A stretch of DNA of 64,000 bases from Promethearchaeota archaeon. Its GTDB lineage: Archaea; Asgardarchaeota; Lokiarchaeia; Sigyniarchaeales; SOKP01. The notes beneath the pieces were generated by a model. The model did no database searches and had not been told where the DNA came from. It saw only the letters and a program-made list of their open reading frames with translations. The stretch covers positions 96,001 through 160,000 of the forward strand of contig JAHPZJ010000028.1 of assembly GCA_019058245.1 (NCBI GenBank). The letters are read 5' to 3'. Position 1 is the stretch's first letter; each line of letters begins with the position of its first letter. The position numbers were made by a program, and so were the translations under genes. This document shows positions 62,208 to 64,000 of this stretch, one piece after another.

Positions 62208-64000
62208 ATGAATAACATGACAATGGAAATATTGACTTCTGAAGAAGCAAAAAGTATGAGTATAGATGATATATATTCAAAACTCTCCACAAATGATAGA
62301 GGACTCAGTGAAACTAATGTTAGAAATAGATTAGAAAAATATGGTTATAATGAAATTCCTGAGAAAAAAGTTCGTCCATGGGTTAAATTTCTTAAAAATT
62401 TTTGGGGTCCTATTCCCTGGATGATTGAGGTTGCTGCCATACTTTCTATTATAATACAAGAATGGGATGACTTTGCTATAATTCTTGCGATGCTTTTTAT
62501 TAATAGTATTGTCCGTTTTTGGGAAGAAAATAAAGCAGATAATGCAATAGAATTATTAAAAGAAAAGCTAGCTCTAAAAGCTAAAGTTCTTCGAGATGGA
62601 AAATGGATTGAATTAGAAGCAAAAGAATTAGTTCCAGGAGATATAGTGCATCTGAGGTTGGGAGATATTATACCTGCAGATGTAAAATTGATCGATGGAG
62701 AATATCTCACAGTAGATGAATCTGTTTTAACAGGTGAATCATTGCCAGTTGATAAAAAAATTTCAGATATGGGATATCAAGGGGCGATTATTCAACAAGG
62801 AGAAATGGATGGAGTGGTTATTGGAACAGGATTAAATACTTTTTTTGGAAAAACAACAAAATTAGTTGAAGAGGCAAAAACGGGGAGTCATTTTCAACAA
62901 GCTATTATTAAGATTGGTAATTATCTTATAATTATCGCAGTTATACTTGTAGCAATAGTCTTGGTTGTTGGAATTGTTAGAGCTGAAAGTTTTTTAGTTT
63001 TACTCCAATTTGCACTAGTTTTAGTAGTAGCGGCAATACCTGTAGCTTTACCTGCTGTTATGATGGTCTCAATGGCCGTAGGAGCTATGGAGTTAGCTAA
63101 AAAGAAAGCGATAGTAAGCAAATTGCTTTCAATTGAAGAAGCAGCTAGTGTTGATGTTCTATGCAGCGATAAAACAGGAACTCTTACAAAAAATCAAATA
63201 TCTATAGCTAAAATCATACCATTTAATAATTATTCTGAAAACGATGTAATCCTTTATGGAGGATTAGCATCAAAAGAAGAAAGTAGAGATCCAATTGATG
63301 ACGCATTTTTTGATAAAATAAAGGAGAATATCGGAATTAATTCCATTTTTTCAAATTTTCATTTAATGACCTTCAAACCTTTTAATCCAGTTGAAAAAAG
63401 AACTGAAGCAAAAATTCAAAATAAAAACAATAAAGTAATTCTAGTTTCAAAAGGTGCAATTCAAGTTATTTTATCCTTAGTAAAAGGAGATCAATCCCTT
63501 CAAAACAGAGTTAATAACCTGGGTAAAGATTTTGCATCAGAGGGATATCGAGCACTAGGTGTAGCAATCTCTAAAGATGAAAGTACATGGGAATATATTG
63601 GAATTGTAGCACTTCACGATCCCCCAAGAGAAGATTCATTTGATACTATAAAAACGGCAAGATCATTAGGAATAAATGTTAAAATGGTAACCGGTGATCA
63701 TATAGAAATTGCAAAACAGATAGCAGGAAATTTAGGAATTGGAACCAATATTGTGGTATCTTCAGATATTATAGGTAAAGATGATCCTAAAACAATAAGT
63801 TTGGTTGAGAATGCTGATGGATTTGCAGAAGTATATCCTGAACATAAATATCATATTGTAGAGCTTTTACAAGATAAAGATCATGTTGTTGGAATGACGG
63901 GAGATGGGGTAAATGATGCTCCTGCTTTAAAAAAAGCAGATATTGGTATAGCTGTTTCTAATGCAACAGATGCCGCAAAATCCGCAGCTGATATAGTATT
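62208..64000 (+). CDS. P-type (P3A) plasma-membrane H+-ATPase, runs off the window end
   Basis: Not in the ORF track; read directly: FWGPIPWMIE, LTGESLPV, IPVALPAV, CSDKTGTLT, DPPR, MVTGD, MTGDGVNDAPALKKAD. Confidence 0.92.
   Translation, partial: MNNMTMEILTSEEAKSMSIDDIYSKLSTNDRGLSETNVRNRLEKYGYNEIPEKKVRPWVKFLKNFWGPIPWMIEVAAILSIIIQEWDDFAIILAMLFINSIVRFWEENKADNAIELLKEKLALKAKVLRDGKWIELEAKELVPGDIVHLRLGDIIPADVKLIDGEYLTVDESVLTGESLPVDKKISDMGYQGAIIQQGEMDGVVIGTGLNTFFGKTTKLVEEAKTGSHFQQAIIKIGNYLIIIAVILVAIVLVVGIVRAESFLVLLQFALVLVVAAIPVALPAVMMVSMAVGAMELAKKKAIVSKLLSIEEAASVDVLCSDKTGTLTKNQISIAKIIPFNNYSENDVILYGGLASKEESRDPIDDAFFDKIKENIGINSIFSNFHLMTFKPFNPVEKRTEAKIQNKNNKVILVSKGAIQVILSLVKGDQSLQNRVNNLGKDFASEGYRALGVAISKDESTWEYIGIVALHDPPREDSFDTIKTARSLGINVKMVTGDHIEIAKQIAGNLGIGTNIVVSSDIIGKDDPKTISLVENADGFAEVYPEHKYHIVELLQDKDHVVGMTGDGVNDAPALKKADIGIAVSNATDAAKSAADIV

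Noticed and set aside
62345-63121. Minus-strand ORFs of 121 and 66 aa
   Set aside because: Antisense to the P-type ATPase that runs off the window

Overview
Very AT-rich archaeal chromosomal segment, most consistent with an Asgard archaeon (Lokiarchaeia/Promethearchaeia-like). Support for that assignment: RadA, TFB, EndA, an A/V-type ATPase, three Arf/Rag-like small GTPases and a vWA-RING protein. The main discovery is the CO dehydrogenase/acetyl-CoA synthase alpha gene (cdhA, minus strand, 8779-11190). It is interrupted near its 5' end by two tiny hairpin insertions (32 nt at 11029-11060, 34 nt at 10916-10949), each flanked by a relaxed bulge-helix-bulge (BHB) motif. Cutting each at the standard archaeal endonuclease position restores a complete 781-aa CdhA with its conserved N-terminus, so these look like tRNA-type introns in a central-metabolism mRNA. 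The window also encodes a splicing endonuclease (EndA) with a loop resembling the one that permits cleavage of relaxed BHBs in Crenarchaea. Other notable points: several genes appear to start at non-AUG codons (ATT/ATA/ACG) behind SD motifs; the ATPase operon carries a second, motif-altered A subunit; three unrelated proton pumps co-occur; and there are glycogen genes, a 2-hydroxyacyl-CoA dehydratase system, a TnpB remnant and small pseudogene fragments. No rRNA, tRNA or CRISPR array was recognised.
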